From an uncultured Actinomycetes bacterium (lineage in GTDB: Bacteria; Actinomycetota; Acidimicrobiia; IMCC26256; DASPTH01), in contig CAWJCN010000001.1 in the NCBI GenBank assembly GCA_963841415.1, positions 1,379,334 to 1,443,333 on the forward strand: 64,000 bases of DNA, written 5' to 3'. Shown here piece by piece: positions 34,537 through 44,646 of this stretch. Each line of letters begins with the position of its first letter. Position 1 is the stretch's first letter. The translations under genes and the position numbers were made by a program. The notes beneath the pieces were generated by a model. It was not told the DNA's origin, made no database searches, and saw only the letters and a list, made by a program, of their open reading frames with translations.

Positions 34537-37109
34537 GGTGAGCCGGTCATGGTAGCGAAGCTCACTCCGTGGCGATGGCCTCGAGGACGTCGAGGCGCGA
34601 CGCCGCGCCAGGCCGGGAAGACCGCCGCGAGCACGCCGGCGACCATCGAGCCGACCACGAACAGCAACACCTCGACGACCGGGATCCGGAACACGGTGAT
34701 GCCCTGCTGCTCGAGCGCCCGGGCGAACGCCCAGCCCCACAGCATCCCGAGCGCGAGGCCGACCAGCCCTCCGAGCACCGCGATCAACACCGACTCCCAT
34801 CGCACCATCCGCCGCACCTGACGCCGCGACATCCCCACGACGCGCAGCAGCCCCAGCTCCCGAGTGCGCTCGAACACGGACAACGCCAGCGTGTTGATAA
34901 TCCCGAGGATGGCGATGAGCTCCGACAGCGCGAGGATCGCGATCAGCACGGTGAGGAACTGGTCGACCTGCGCCTGCTGATCGTCGCGGAACTGCGCGCG
35001 CGTGAGCACGTCGATGTTGGGGAAGTCGTTCGCCAGCGCGCGCCGCAGAGCGCGCTGGTTCGCGCGCGTCTCGCCGCCATCGGTCTGCACGAGCACCAGC
35101 GAGTCCTGCGGTGTGCCACCGCTGCCGAACTCGATGGTCGCAGGGTCGACGATCACCGGAATCGACTGGCCGAACAGCCCGAGGAAGTTCTGCTGTCGGT
35201 AGATCGCACGCACCACCAGCGGCGCCTGCCCATGGGAGAAGAGCACCGGCAGCGCGTCGCCCACGCCGACGCCCGCGTGGCGCGCCAGCTCGTCGCTGAT
35301 CAGCACCCCGGTGTCGTCCAAGGCGCTCGCGTCGCCGCTGACGACGTCGAGGTCGACGACCTTGCCCAGCAGCGCCGGATCGAGGCCGCCCACCGTGGTG
35401 GCGTCGCCGTCGACCTGACCATCGGTGAAGCGCATCGGCGCCGCCGTGGTGACGGCGGGGAGGTCGCGCAGGCGGGCAGCGACCTCCGTGGAGAAACCGG
35501 CGAACCCGCCGGACTTCACGACGTAGTCGGCTCGCAGTCCCGACGCGGTGCTCTCCCCCACCGACGCGCGCGCCGAGGCGCCGAACGTGGCGGTGAGCCC
35601 CACCAGGGCCAGCCCGATCACCAGCGCGCTGGCGGTGATCGCGGTGCGGCGCGGGTTGCGCATCGCGTTGGCGCGCGCCAACACCCCGGGTGGGCCCGAA
35701 CGCCGGGCGGGCGCGCCGAGCGCGCGCATGGCCGGGCGCACGACTGCGGGCAGGATCATCACCACACCGACGAGCACGCTGAACGCGCCGAGCGCCACCA
35801 CCTGCACCTGGTCGAGGATCCCGCTGGCGTCACGCGCGCGGGACAGCCCGTCGAGCAGGAGCCCGGCGCCCGCAACCAGCACCACGAGACCGAACGCGAT
35901 CCGTCGTCCGAAGGCGCCGACGGCCCGCTCGGGCACGTCGGCGATGGCCGCCACCGGAGGCACCCGCGCCGCGCGGACCGCCGGGATCGCGGCCGCGACC
36001 ACGGTGACGAGCACCCCGACCACCAGCGAGACGACGACGGTGCGGCCGAGCACGACGGTCGACGTGGCCGGGAGGTCGAGTCCGACCTGGCGCAGCAGCT
36101 CGAGGAGACCCGCGCCGAGCGCGATGCCGGCGAGGAGGCCGAGGGCCGACGCGACCACGCCGACCGCGAACGCCTCCAGCGCCACCGACCGCACGACCTG
36201 GCCGCCTGTCGCGCCCATCGCCCGCAGCAGGCCCAGCTCGCGGGTGCGCTGCGCCACGAGGATCGTGAACGTGTTGAAGATGATGAAGGCGCCGACCACC
36301 ACACCGATCGCCGCGAACCCGAGCAGCGCGTCGGTGAAGAACCCGAGGAACTGGCGCACCGGCTTGCCGACCTGGAGCGTCGCCTGGGACCGGGTGAGCA
36401 CGTCGTAGTCGGGGCCGAGCGCGGCTTCGATGCGGGCCTGCAGGTCGCGGGTGGTGACGTCGCGGTCTCGCTGCACGTAGATCGAGTCGACCGACGATCC
36501 GGCGTCGAACTCGCGCTGCGCGGTGGCGAAGTCGAAGGCTGCGAACGTCACCGCACCGAAGTCGGTCGTGTCGCCGAAGCCGAAGATGCCGACGATCCGA
36601 TGCTCCTCGGCCGCGCCGCTCAAGAGGATCCGCACGCGGTCGCCGACGTGGTAGCCGTGCCTGGCGGCCGTGCCGGCGTCCATGGCGACCTCACCCGACC
36701 CGCTCGGTGCCCGTCCGTCGGTGAGACGAAGGGGCCCCTTCACCCACGAGATCCCGATGGTGGGTGGCCCGTCGCCACCGATGGTGTGGCCGTCGGCGTC
36801 GACGAACTGCGCCGACGTGGTCTGGACGAACCCTTGCGCCGTGCGCACGCCGGGGACGGCGGCCACCTGCCCGACGATCGAATCGGGGACGCGGCCGGGG
36901 TTGGACGCGTCACCGAGCGCCGACGCGCCCTGCACCCGCAGGTCGATCCCGGAGAGCGTCTCGGCGAAGACGGCGTCGAAGGACCGCTTCACCGAGTCGG
37001 TCAGCACGTAGGTGGCGCTGACGAAGCTCACCCCGAGCAGGATCGCCAGCGCGGTCAGGGCAAGTCGCACCTTTCGGGCGAAGAGTCCCCTGATCGTGGC
37101 CTTCCACAT
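34527..37109 (-). CDS. FtsX/MacB-type ABC transporter permease (two FtsX domains), C-terminal frameshift as assembled
   Basis: 860 aa beginning MWKATIRGLFARKVRLALTALAILLGVSF. The family-typical ending SRLDVLEAIATE-TGA (stop 34562-34564) lies in another frame, with the switch near 34598-34607. The assembled frame instead runs 10 nt into tRNA-Val. Confidence 0.85.
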   Translation of the reverse strand: MWKATIRGLFARKVRLALTALAILLGVSFVSATYVLTDSVKRSFDAVFAETLSGIDLRVQGASALGDASNPGRVPDSIVGQVAAVPGVRTAQGFVQTTSAQFVDADGHTIGGDGPPTIGISWVKGPLRLTDGRAPSGSGEVAMDAGTAARHGYHVGDRVRILLSGAAEEHRIVGIFGFGDTTDFGAVTFAAFDFATAQREFDAGSSVDSIYVQRDRDVTTRDLQARIEAALGPDYDVLTRSQATLQVGKPVRQFLGFFTDALLGFAAIGVVVGAFIIFNTFTILVAQRTRELGLLRAMGATGGQVVRSVALEAFAVGVVASALGLLAGIALGAGLLELLRQVGLDLPATSTVVLGRTVVVSLVVGVLVTVVAAAIPAVRAARVPPVAAIADVPERAVGAFGRRIAFGLVVLVAGAGLLLDGLSRARDASGILDQVQVVALGAFSVLVGVVMILPAVVRPAMRALGAPARRSGPPGVLARANAMRNPRRTAITASALVIGLALVGLTATFGASARASVGESTASGLRADYVVKSGGFAGFSTEVAARLRDLPAVTTAAPMRFTDGQVDGDATTVGGLDPALLGKVVDLDVVSGDASALDDTGVLISDELARHAGVGVGDALPVLFSHGQAPLVVRAIYRQQNFLGLFGQSIPVIVDPATIEFGSGGTPQDSLVLVQTDGGETRANQRALRRALANDFPNIDVLTRAQFRDDQQAQVDQFLTVLIAILALSELIAILGIINTLALSVFERTRELGLLRVVGMSRRQVRRMVRWESVLIAVLGGLVGLALGMLWGWAFARALEQQGITVFRIPVVEVLLFVVGSMVAGVLAAVFPAWRGVAPRRPRGHRHGVSFATMTGSPGD

Positions 37110-37292
37110 GCCCTGCTCGCTCCCTGGTCGGGCCCATCATGGCCGCGCCCGTGCGCACCGCCGGGGCACCTGCCGGTGCGTCACGCTCCGCGCGCGTGTC
37201 CTCCGCCATATTTCGGCCAGGGACTCTCAAGGAGAGGCCCAGCGCGAGCCGATGCACTGTCCACGAACACTCACAGCCGATCATCGGGAGAG

Positions 37293-37790
37293 ATGGGCAT
37301 GCACGTGAAGAACTTGCTGGGGCGCAAGACGGCGGTACTCGCTTGCACGGCATTGATCGTGTTCGGACTGTCGGCGTGCGGCTTCGCCGACACCTCGAGC
37401 GCTCCGCCGAGCGACCCCTTCACGAACGGGCTCTACAACGCGATGAACTACAACCGCGTCATGGCGGGCCTGCCGACGCTCACGTGGAGCCCGAAGCTGG
37501 GGAACAACGCCGGCACCTGGGCCGACCAGATGATGCACGCCAACTCGCTGTACCACCAGAACCTGAGCGCACTCATCTACTCGCCCGCCTACGCCAACTA
37601 CCGCACCCTGGGCGAGAACATCCTCGTGGGCCCGGGCAGCATGTCGCCCGTGGACATCGAGGCCGCCTGGCGGAACTCGCCTCCGCACTGGGCCAACATC
37701 TCCAGCCGTGCCTTCAACGTCGTCGGCATCGGCTACGTGCGAGGCCCCGACGGCCGCATCTGGGCAGTCCAGGAGTTCGGCGGGCTCTGA
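37293..37790 (+). CDS. CAP/SCP/PR1-like domain lipoprotein
   Basis: Lipobox FGLSAC. YNRVMAGLPTLTWS...SLYHQN...GENI...PPHWANI matches the CAP-domain pattern. ATG 37299 is an alternative start, better spaced from GGGAG. Confidence 0.8.
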   Translation: MGMHVKNLLGRKTAVLACTALIVFGLSACGFADTSSAPPSDPFTNGLYNAMNYNRVMAGLPTLTWSPKLGNNAGTWADQMMHANSLYHQNLSALIYSPAYANYRTLGENILVGPGSMSPVDIEAAWRNSPPHWANISSRAFNVVGIGYVRGPDGRIWAVQEFGGL

Positions 37791-37820
37791 TCCGCCATCG
37801 CACCCCCAGTTCCTGAGCGC

Positions 37821-37850
37821 ACGAGGCCGCGGCCCAGGCTGCGGCCTCGT
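37821..37850 (+). terminator. stem-loop after the CAP-domain gene
   Basis: ACGAGGCCGC / GCGGCCTCGT form a perfect 10-bp stem with a 10-nt loop. Confidence 0.55.
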
Positions 37851-37994
37851 CGCGCGGAGCGCCGAACCGGCTCCATCCACGGTGACCCCATGACCGCGCC
37901 ACGTCACGTACTTTGGTGGTACGAGGCGGGAACGGGCGGGAATTCTGCATCTCCGGCGGCATTGACCGTTGCGCCGGATGATCATGGGGGCACG

Positions 37995-38567
37995 ATGATG
38001 GGCAGCAGCTTCCCGAACGTGTTGCAGCGGACGCGTGAGGGCGACGCCTCGGCGTTCGCCCTGATCTGGCGACAGCTCCATCCGTCGCTCCTGCGATACC
38101 TGCGCGTCACGACCAACGATGCGGCCGAGGACGTCGCGTCCGAGACCTGGGCCTCGGTGGCCGCATCGATCAGCCGGTTCGAAGGTGACGAGTCCGCGTT
38201 CCGGGCCTGGTTCTTCACCATCGCTCGCCGCCGGGCGATCGACCACTTCCGTCGGGAGGCCCGACGGCGATCCGTCCCCGTCGACCCGGTCACCCTCGTC
38301 GCGGCGTCGACGCCGGCCACCGGAGCCGATCCCGGTGAGGCGGCGCTGAGCGCGCTGGCGATCGAGTCCGCGCTCGGTTACATCGCCGAGTTGCCGGACG
38401 GTCAGCGGGAAGCGGTGATGTTGCGCACGGTCGCCGGCCTCGATGTCGCACGCACCGCCGCCATCATGAGCAAACGGCCCGGAACTGTCCGCGTGCTCGC
38501 CCATCGGGGCCTGCGGACGTTGGCTCGCCGACTCACCGAGGAGGAGGAGCGCGCCGTACCAGCCTGA
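37995..38567 (+). CDS. ECF-type sigma-70 family factor
   Basis: Region 2 (EDVASETWASVAASISRFEGDESAFRAWFFTIARRRAIDHFRRE) and region 4 (LPDGQREAVMLRTVAGLDVARTAAIMSKRPGTVRVLAHRGLRTL). Start at MMGSSF. Confidence 0.85.
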   Translation: MMGSSFPNVLQRTREGDASAFALIWRQLHPSLLRYLRVTTNDAAEDVASETWASVAASISRFEGDESAFRAWFFTIARRRAIDHFRREARRRSVPVDPVTLVAASTPATGADPGEAALSALAIESALGYIAELPDGQREAVMLRTVAGLDVARTAAIMSKRPGTVRVLAHRGLRTLARRLTEEEERAVPA

Positions 38568-38573
38568 GGGCTT

Positions 38574-39218
38574 TTGACGCTTGTAGTCCCGATGTTCCGC
38601 AACCAGGTGCGACCCCCGACGCCGCCTCTCGACGAGATCACTGCCGAGCGCCTGCTCCGCGGCGATCCGATCGACGACCTGCCCGACGCCTTCCGGCCGC
38701 TCGGACGGTTGCTGGCGGACGCGTCCGGACCCGCTACCAGCGACGAGCTCGAAGGTTCGGCAGCTGCCGCGGCCATGTTCGTCGCCGCGCATGACGCGGC
38801 CGATCGGACCCGCCGGCGCACCTGGTCGCTCGTCGCGTCTGCATTCACGGCCTTCGCCGTCGTCATGTCCGGTGGCACCGCGGTTGCGGCCGCCCAGGGC
38901 GCGCTGCCCGAGCCGATCCAGCAAGCGGCCCACGTCGCTCTGGGCGTGGTCGGGATCTCGGTGCCCAGCATCAACCAGAAGTACGACGAGCAAGCGCCCG
39001 GCGAGAGCTCGGTGAACACACCGGACTCGACGTCCCGCTCCGTCGGTGGAAGTTCCGTGACGTCCACGCCGACGACCGCGGCACCCACGACCCCGGTCGA
39101 GGGAGACGGCACCGTGCCGGCGTCGGGCGGCGACGGCAGCAACCTGCCGCCGCAGAGCTACGGCAACGGCAACGGCCCGCCGAAGGTGCCGCCGGGCCAG
39201 GCCAAGAAGATCGGCTGA
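38574..39218 (+). CDS. membrane-anchored protein, putative anti-sigma factor
   Basis: It starts 6 nt after the sigma gene. One TM helix (WSLVASAFTAFAVVMSGGTAVAAA) is followed by a Ser/Thr/Pro-rich extracytoplasmic tail. No zinc-finger motif seen. Confidence 0.55.
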   Translation: MTLVVPMFRNQVRPPTPPLDEITAERLLRGDPIDDLPDAFRPLGRLLADASGPATSDELEGSAAAAAMFVAAHDAADRTRRRTWSLVASAFTAFAVVMSGGTAVAAAQGALPEPIQQAAHVALGVVGISVPSINQKYDEQAPGESSVNTPDSTSRSVGGSSVTSTPTTAAPTTPVEGDGTVPASGGDGSNLPPQSYGNGNGPPKVPPGQAKKIG

Positions 39219-39227
39219 GGGCTCGCG

Positions 39228-39725
39228 TCAGTCGGCGACCGCGACCGGCGGCGCCCACTCGCACGCTTCGTCGAGGTCGAGCACCGCGGTCATCCGACCG
39301 AACGCGACCCAGTCGCCGATGCACACTGTGAGCTCGAAGATCTGCCGGTCGGTGAACACCGCCTTCATGCGGTCGAAGAACGCGTCGTCGAGCGACCGGT
39401 GGTCGAGCGCGAACTTGTCGGCGTACTCGATCGCGAGGCGCTCCTGCTCGGAGTAATCGCCGCTCTCGGGATTCCCGACGTGCTCGTACAGCTCCTCGTC
39501 GACCCCGTGGCGCGCCAACGAGGGCACCCGCCACGCCATGCAGATGTTGCAGCCGTTGATCTGGGCGATGCGCATGCGCGCGGCCTCGCGCACCCGCCAC
39601 GACAGCTCCAGGCCCTTGCCGCCGACCTTCGCCGCCAGCGCGCCGACCGCGGCACCGAGATCCGGCGAGAGCGACCAGACCCGCTCGAGGTCGGTGCCGT
39701 CGCCGGGCAGGTCGATGCGCGCCAT
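39228..39725 (-). CDS. AhpD-like carboxymuconolactone decarboxylase family protein
   Basis: MARIDLPGDG... with the CxxC motif INGCNICMAW. Its ATG shares one base with the stop of the upstream paralogue (TGATG). Confidence 0.85.
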   Translation of the reverse strand: MARIDLPGDGTDLERVWSLSPDLGAAVGALAAKVGGKGLELSWRVREAARMRIAQINGCNICMAWRVPSLARHGVDEELYEHVGNPESGDYSEQERLAIEYADKFALDHRSLDDAFFDRMKAVFTDRQIFELTVCIGDWVAFGRMTAVLDLDEACEWAPPVAVAD

Positions 39726-40229
39726 CAGACCGTCGCCTCGGCCGGGCGCGGCGGCGCCCATCCGCACGCCTCCGCGACGTCGAGCACGGCTTGGAAGCGG
39801 CCGAACGCGAGCCAGTTGCCGATCATCGCGGTGAGCTCGACGATCTCGGCGTCGGTGAACTCGGCCCGCATCCGCACGAAGAACGCGTCGTCGAGCGACC
39901 GGTGGTCGAGCGCGAACTTGTCGGCGTACTCGATGGCCAGGCGCTCCTTCACCGAGTAGTCACCCGCGTCGGGGTCGTCGACGTGCGCGTACAGCTCCTC
40001 GGTGACACCGCGGTCGGCCATCTCCGGGAAGCGCCACTCCTGGCACACGTTGCAGCCGTTGATGTGGGCGATCCGCATGCGGGCGACTTCGCGCACGCGC
40101 GGGCTCAACGAGGCGGTCGCCGTAGACGGCGGCGCTGAGGTTGCCGACCGCGGCGCCGAGCTCGGGCGAGAGCGACCACACCTGCACCAGCTCGCCGCCG
40201 TCCCCTTCGGGGATCGTGATCCTGGCCAT
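39725..40229 (-). pseudogene. AhpD-like CMD family paralogue, frameshifted as assembled
   Basis: The N-terminus MARITIPEGDGGELVQVWSLSPELGAAVGNLSAAVYGDR (ATG 40229, RBS GGAGGT) is in one frame. The rest (SLSPRVREVARMRIAHINGCNVCQEW...) is in the frame of ORF 39725..40297. The switch is near 40108-40120. Confidence 0.7.
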
Positions 40230-40388
40230 CGGGGACCTCCATGTCGCGTCGATGCCTGCTCCGGCGCCTCCGCTCCGGCGTGCCGGCCTCCGGCCACGCC
40301 TGCGCTTCATCTCCGGATACCTCCCGAGCCTACGGCTTCCTCGGGACTCCCCGGGTTTACTGTCACACCCATCCGCGAGAATGGGAGC

Positions 40389-43300
40389 ATGACCGCCGTG
40401 CCGCTCCCCCTGCTCCCCGGCGGCCCGCCCGTGCACGCGGCGCTGGCCGAGATGCACCCCGCGGTCGCGGAGTGGTTCCGCCGGCGCTTCCCCGACGGCC
40501 CCACCGCCCCGCAGGAGGAGGCGTGGCCGCACGTGGCGGCCGGACACGACACGCTCGTCGCGGCCCCGACCGGCTCGGGCAAGACCCTCGCCGCGTTCCT
40601 GGTGTGCATCGACCGGCTCTACCGGGCCCACGAGCGCGGCGAACCGGTCGACGGCATCGCGCGCGTGGTCTACGTGTCGCCGCTCAAGGCGTTGGCCGTC
40701 GACATCGCGGAGAACCTCGAGCGACCGCTGGCCGAGATCGCCGACGTCGCCAGCGAGCTCGGCCTCCCCGCACCGCGCGTGCGCGTCGCGGTGCGCACCG
40801 GCGACACGACCAGCTCGCAACGCAGCGCGATGGTGCGCAAGCCACCCAGCTTCGTGGTCACCACGCCGGAGTCGCTCTACCTGCTCGTCACCAGCGAGAA
40901 GGGTCGCGAAGCGCTGCGCACGGTGGAGACGGTCATCGTCGACGAGATCCACGCGGTCGCGCGCGACAAGCGGGGCGCGCACCTGGCCATCACGCTCGAA
41001 CGACTCGAGGCGCTGTGCGACGAGCGTCCGCACCGGATCGGCCTGTCGGCCACGCAGCGGCCCATCGAGACCGTCGGGCGGCTGCTCGTCGGCGACCGGC
41101 CCCTGCCGGTCATCGTCGACGCCGGCCACCAGCGCGCGCTCGACCTCGCGCTCGAGCTCCCCGAAGGTGAGCTCGAAGCGGTCACCTCGGCCGAGCAGAT
41201 GAGCGACGTCCTCGACCGCATCGCCGCGTTGGTCGAGGAGCACCGCACCACGCTCGTCTTCGTGAACACGCGTCGGTTGGCCGAGCGCCTCGCCCACCAG
41301 TTGGGGACGCGCCTCGGCGACGACGTGGTCGCCGCGCACCACGGCTCGCTCTCGAAGGAACGTCGCCACCGGGTGGAGACGCGTCTGCGCGCCGGCGACC
41401 TGCGCGCGTTGGTGGCCACCGCTTCGCTCGAGCTCGGCATCGACATCGGCCCCGTCGAGCTGGTGTGCCAGATCGGCTCACCGCGCAGCATCGCGACGTT
41501 CCTGCAGCGGGTCGGTCGCTCCAACCACAGCCGGGCCGGCACCCCCAAGGGCCGCCTCTACCCACTCACCCGCGACGAGCTGATCGAGTGCACCGCCCTG
41601 CTCGCCGCCGTGCGCGCCGGTCGTCTCGACACCATCCAGCTGCCCGCGCTGCCGCTCGACATCGCCGCCCAGCAGGTCGTCGCCGAGGTGGGCGCGCAGG
41701 AGTGGCGCACCGACGACCTCTACGCGCTCGTGCGACGCGCCGCGCCCTACCACGGCATGACACGCGAGCAGTTCGACGAGGTCGTCGACCTGGTGAGCAA
41801 CGGCATCGCCACCGGGCGCGGACCGCGCGGCGCCTACGTGCACCACGACGCCGTCAACGGCGAGCTGCGCGGTCGCAAGGGCGCGCGGCTGGCCGCGGTG
41901 ACGTCGGGGGGCGCCATCCCGGAGACCGGCGACTACCGCGTCGTCGCCGAGCCCGACGACACCTTCATCGGCACCGTCAACGAAGACTGGGCGGTCGAGT
42001 CGATGGCGGGCGACATCTTCCTGCTCGGCACCCACTCGTGGCAGATCCGCAAGGTGGAGCTCGGTGTCGTGCGCGTGCGCGACGCGGGCACCGCGCCACC
42101 GACCATCCCGTTCTGGATGGGCGAGGCACCGGCCCGCACCGCCGAGCTGTCCACCGAGGTCTCGGATCTGCGGGCCGCGGTCGACCGCTTCCTCACCGCC
42201 GGCGACCCCGACGGCGCGAAGCGATGGCTCATGGAGACCGCGGGGATCGACGCCGAGTCCGCCACCATGGTCGTCGACTACCTCGCGGTCGGGCGCGCCG
42301 TGCTGGGCGCGATGCCCACGCAGGAGCGCATCGTGTTCGAGCGCTTCTTCGACGAGACCGGCGGCATGCAGCTCGTCGTGCACTCGCCGTTCGGTGGCCG
42401 GGTCAACCGCTCCCTCGGGCTCGCGCTGCGCAAGAAGTTCTGTCGCACGTTCAACTTCGAGCTGCAGGCGGCCGCCAGCGACGACGCCATCGTGCTGTCG
42501 CTGGGCCCGCACCACAGCTTCCCGCTGAGCGAGGTGCCGGGCTACCTCAGCAGCGCCACGGTCGAAGACACCCTCGAACACGCCATCCTCGACTCGCCCA
42601 TGTTCCAGGCCCGCTGGCGGTGGAACCTCAACCGGTCGCTGATGGTGCTGCGCTTCCGCAACGGCCGTCGCAACCCGCCACCGATCCAGCGCATGGAGTC
42701 CGACGACCTCATGGCCGCGGTGTTCCCGCAGGCGGCGGCGTGCCAGGAGAACGTCACCGGGCCCATCGAGATCCCCGACCACGTGCTCGTGCGCCAGACG
42801 ATCACCGACACGCTGCACGAGGCGCTCGACGTCGACGCCACGCGCGCGCTGCTCGAACGGTTGGAGGCGGGCGCGGTGCAGGTGCACTTCGCCGACACCA
42901 CCGAGCCCTCGGTGCTCGCGCACGAGATCCTCACCGCTCGCCCCTACGCGTTCCTCGACGACGAGGAGTTGCAGAACCGGCGCACCAACGCGGTCACGCT
43001 GCGGCGCGGTCTCGCCGTCGACCTCGCTGCCATCGGCGCGCTCGACCCGGCCGCGATCGAGCAGGTCCACGGCGAGATCACGCCCGAGCCCGAGTCCGCC
43101 GACGACCTCGCCGACCTGCTGGCATCGCTGGTGGTGGTGCGGCCGCGACCGGACTGGAGGCCCTTGTTCGACGAGCTCCGCGAGCGCGGCCGCGCGGTCG
43201 CGTTCCGCCCGCGCGACACCGACCTGTGGTGCGCTGCCGAGCGCGAAGACGACGCCGGTCACGCGTTCGCCGACGACGAGGAGGCGATCGCGCAGCTGCT

Positions 43301-44627
43301 CCGCGGTCACCTCGAGATCAGCGGGATCACCACCGTCGAACGCCTGGCCGAGGCCACGACCCTCACGCCCGGTCGGGTCGCCGCGGGGCTCGCGTACCTC
43401 GAGCAGAGCGGCTTCGCGTTGCAGGGCACGTACACCCCGGATGCGGTGGAGACCGAGTGGGTGTCGCGCCGGTTGCTCGCGCGCATGCACTCGTACTCGC
43501 GCCGCACTCGGCGCGGTGGTGTGGAGCCCGCCACCGCCCAAGACTTCATGCGCTTCCTGTTGCGTTGGCAACACGTCGCACCGGGCTGCCAGCTGGCGGG
43601 TGAGGTCGGGCTGCTGACCGTCGTGGAGCAGCTGCAGGGCTTCGACGCCGCGGCGGTGGCGTGGGAGCCCGACCTGCTCGGCGCAAGGCTGCGCCGTTAC
43701 GACCCCGCGTGGCTCGACCGGCTGTGCCACGACGGCGAGGTCGCCTGGTTGCGCACCAACCCGCCGGTGCGCGCGGTCGACGCGCCCGCGGTGGCGCCGT
43801 CGAAGGCCACACCCATCTCACTGGTCGCGCGCGTCGACCTGCCCTGGCTGCTGCTGGCAGCCCGCTCCACCGGCGATCCCGGGGAGCCGGTGGTCGGGGC
43901 GACGGCCGAGGTGCTCGAGGTGCTGCGCGAACGCGGCGCGTGCTTCGCCAGCGAGCTGGGCACCGCCACCACCCGCCTGCCCGAAGACATCGAGCGTGCG
44001 CTGTGGGACGGCCTGGCGCGCGGGCTGGTCATGTCCGACGGCTTCGGCGCCATCCGCTCGCGGGTCGCGTCGAACCCGCGCCGCTCCGAGGGACGACGGT
44101 TCTCGCGGCTCTCCCGCGGCCCGCGGCTCGCCACCGCCGCCGCGGGGCGCTGGTCACTCGTCCCCACGGCCGAGACGGTCGCGCTCACCGATCTCGCGAC
44201 CGCCGATCGCGACGAGCTGGCCGAGGCGGTGGCCGAACTGCTGCTGCACCGGTGGGGTGTCGTGTTCCGCGACCTGGTGGTGCACGACTCGCTGCGGTTC
44301 CCGTGGCGCGACCTGCAGTGGGCGCTGCGACGGTTGGAAGATCGTGGCCTGGTGCGGGGCGGTCGGTTCGTGACCGGGTTCAGCGGCGAGCAGTACGCGC
44401 TCCCGGCCGCGCACGAGCAGCTCACCCAGGTGCGGCGGTCGCCGCGCGAGGGCGAGCGCGTCACCGTCAACGCCACCGATCCCCTGAACCTCGTCGGCGT
44501 GATCGTGCCCGGCGCCCGCGTGCCGGCGGTGCGCACCCGCCGGGTGACCTACGTCGACGGGGTCTTCCACGACGGCACCGAGACCGCCGACGTGGCACGT
44601 GAGCCGGCGGAGGCGCGCAGCGCCTGA
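40389..44627 (+). CDS. lhr: Lhr-family ATP-dependent DEAD/DEAH-box helicase
   Basis: The N-terminus WFRRRFPDGPTAPQEEAWPHVAAGHDTLVAAPTGSGKT carries Walker A. The DEIH box (IVDEIHAV) is present. The ~1400-aa length with a long C-terminal extension is typical of Lhr. Confidence 0.9.
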   Translation: MTAVPLPLLPGGPPVHAALAEMHPAVAEWFRRRFPDGPTAPQEEAWPHVAAGHDTLVAAPTGSGKTLAAFLVCIDRLYRAHERGEPVDGIARVVYVSPLKALAVDIAENLERPLAEIADVASELGLPAPRVRVAVRTGDTTSSQRSAMVRKPPSFVVTTPESLYLLVTSEKGREALRTVETVIVDEIHAVARDKRGAHLAITLERLEALCDERPHRIGLSATQRPIETVGRLLVGDRPLPVIVDAGHQRALDLALELPEGELEAVTSAEQMSDVLDRIAALVEEHRTTLVFVNTRRLAERLAHQLGTRLGDDVVAAHHGSLSKERRHRVETRLRAGDLRALVATASLELGIDIGPVELVCQIGSPRSIATFLQRVGRSNHSRAGTPKGRLYPLTRDELIECTALLAAVRAGRLDTIQLPALPLDIAAQQVVAEVGAQEWRTDDLYALVRRAAPYHGMTREQFDEVVDLVSNGIATGRGPRGAYVHHDAVNGELRGRKGARLAAVTSGGAIPETGDYRVVAEPDDTFIGTVNEDWAVESMAGDIFLLGTHSWQIRKVELGVVRVRDAGTAPPTIPFWMGEAPARTAELSTEVSDLRAAVDRFLTAGDPDGAKRWLMETAGIDAESATMVVDYLAVGRAVLGAMPTQERIVFERFFDETGGMQLVVHSPFGGRVNRSLGLALRKKFCRTFNFELQAAASDDAIVLSLGPHHSFPLSEVPGYLSSATVEDTLEHAILDSPMFQARWRWNLNRSLMVLRFRNGRRNPPPIQRMESDDLMAAVFPQAAACQENVTGPIEIPDHVLVRQTITDTLHEALDVDATRALLERLEAGAVQVHFADTTEPSVLAHEILTARPYAFLDDEELQNRRTNAVTLRRGLAVDLAAIGALDPAAIEQVHGEITPEPESADDLADLLASLVVVRPRPDWRPLFDELRERGRAVAFRPRDTDLWCAAEREDDAGHAFADDEEAIAQLLRGHLEISGITTVERLAEATTLTPGRVAAGLAYLEQSGFALQGTYTPDAVETEWVSRRLLARMHSYSRRTRRGGVEPATAQDFMRFLLRWQHVAPGCQLAGEVGLLTVVEQLQGFDAAAVAWEPDLLGARLRRYDPAWLDRLCHDGEVAWLRTNPPVRAVDAPAVAPSKATPISLVARVDLPWLLLAARSTGDPGEPVVGATAEVLEVLRERGACFASELGTATTRLPEDIERALWDGLARGLVMSDGFGAIRSRVASNPRRSEGRRFSRLSRGPRLATAAAGRWSLVPTAETVALTDLATADRDELAEAVAELLLHRWGVVFRDLVVHDSLRFPWRDLQWALRRLEDRGLVRGGRFVTGFSGEQYALPAAHEQLTQVRRSPREGERVTVNATDPLNLVGVIVPGARVPAVRTRRVTYVDGVFHDGTETADVAREPAEARSA

Positions 44628-44646
44628 GCGCGCGAGGATCGGGGCC

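Noticed and set aside
37920-37994. A GGAAC element upstream of the second ECF sigma gene, considered as an ECF autoregulatory promoter.
   Set aside because: No CGT-type -10 element lies at the expected 16-17 nt spacing, so the match is a single pentamer.
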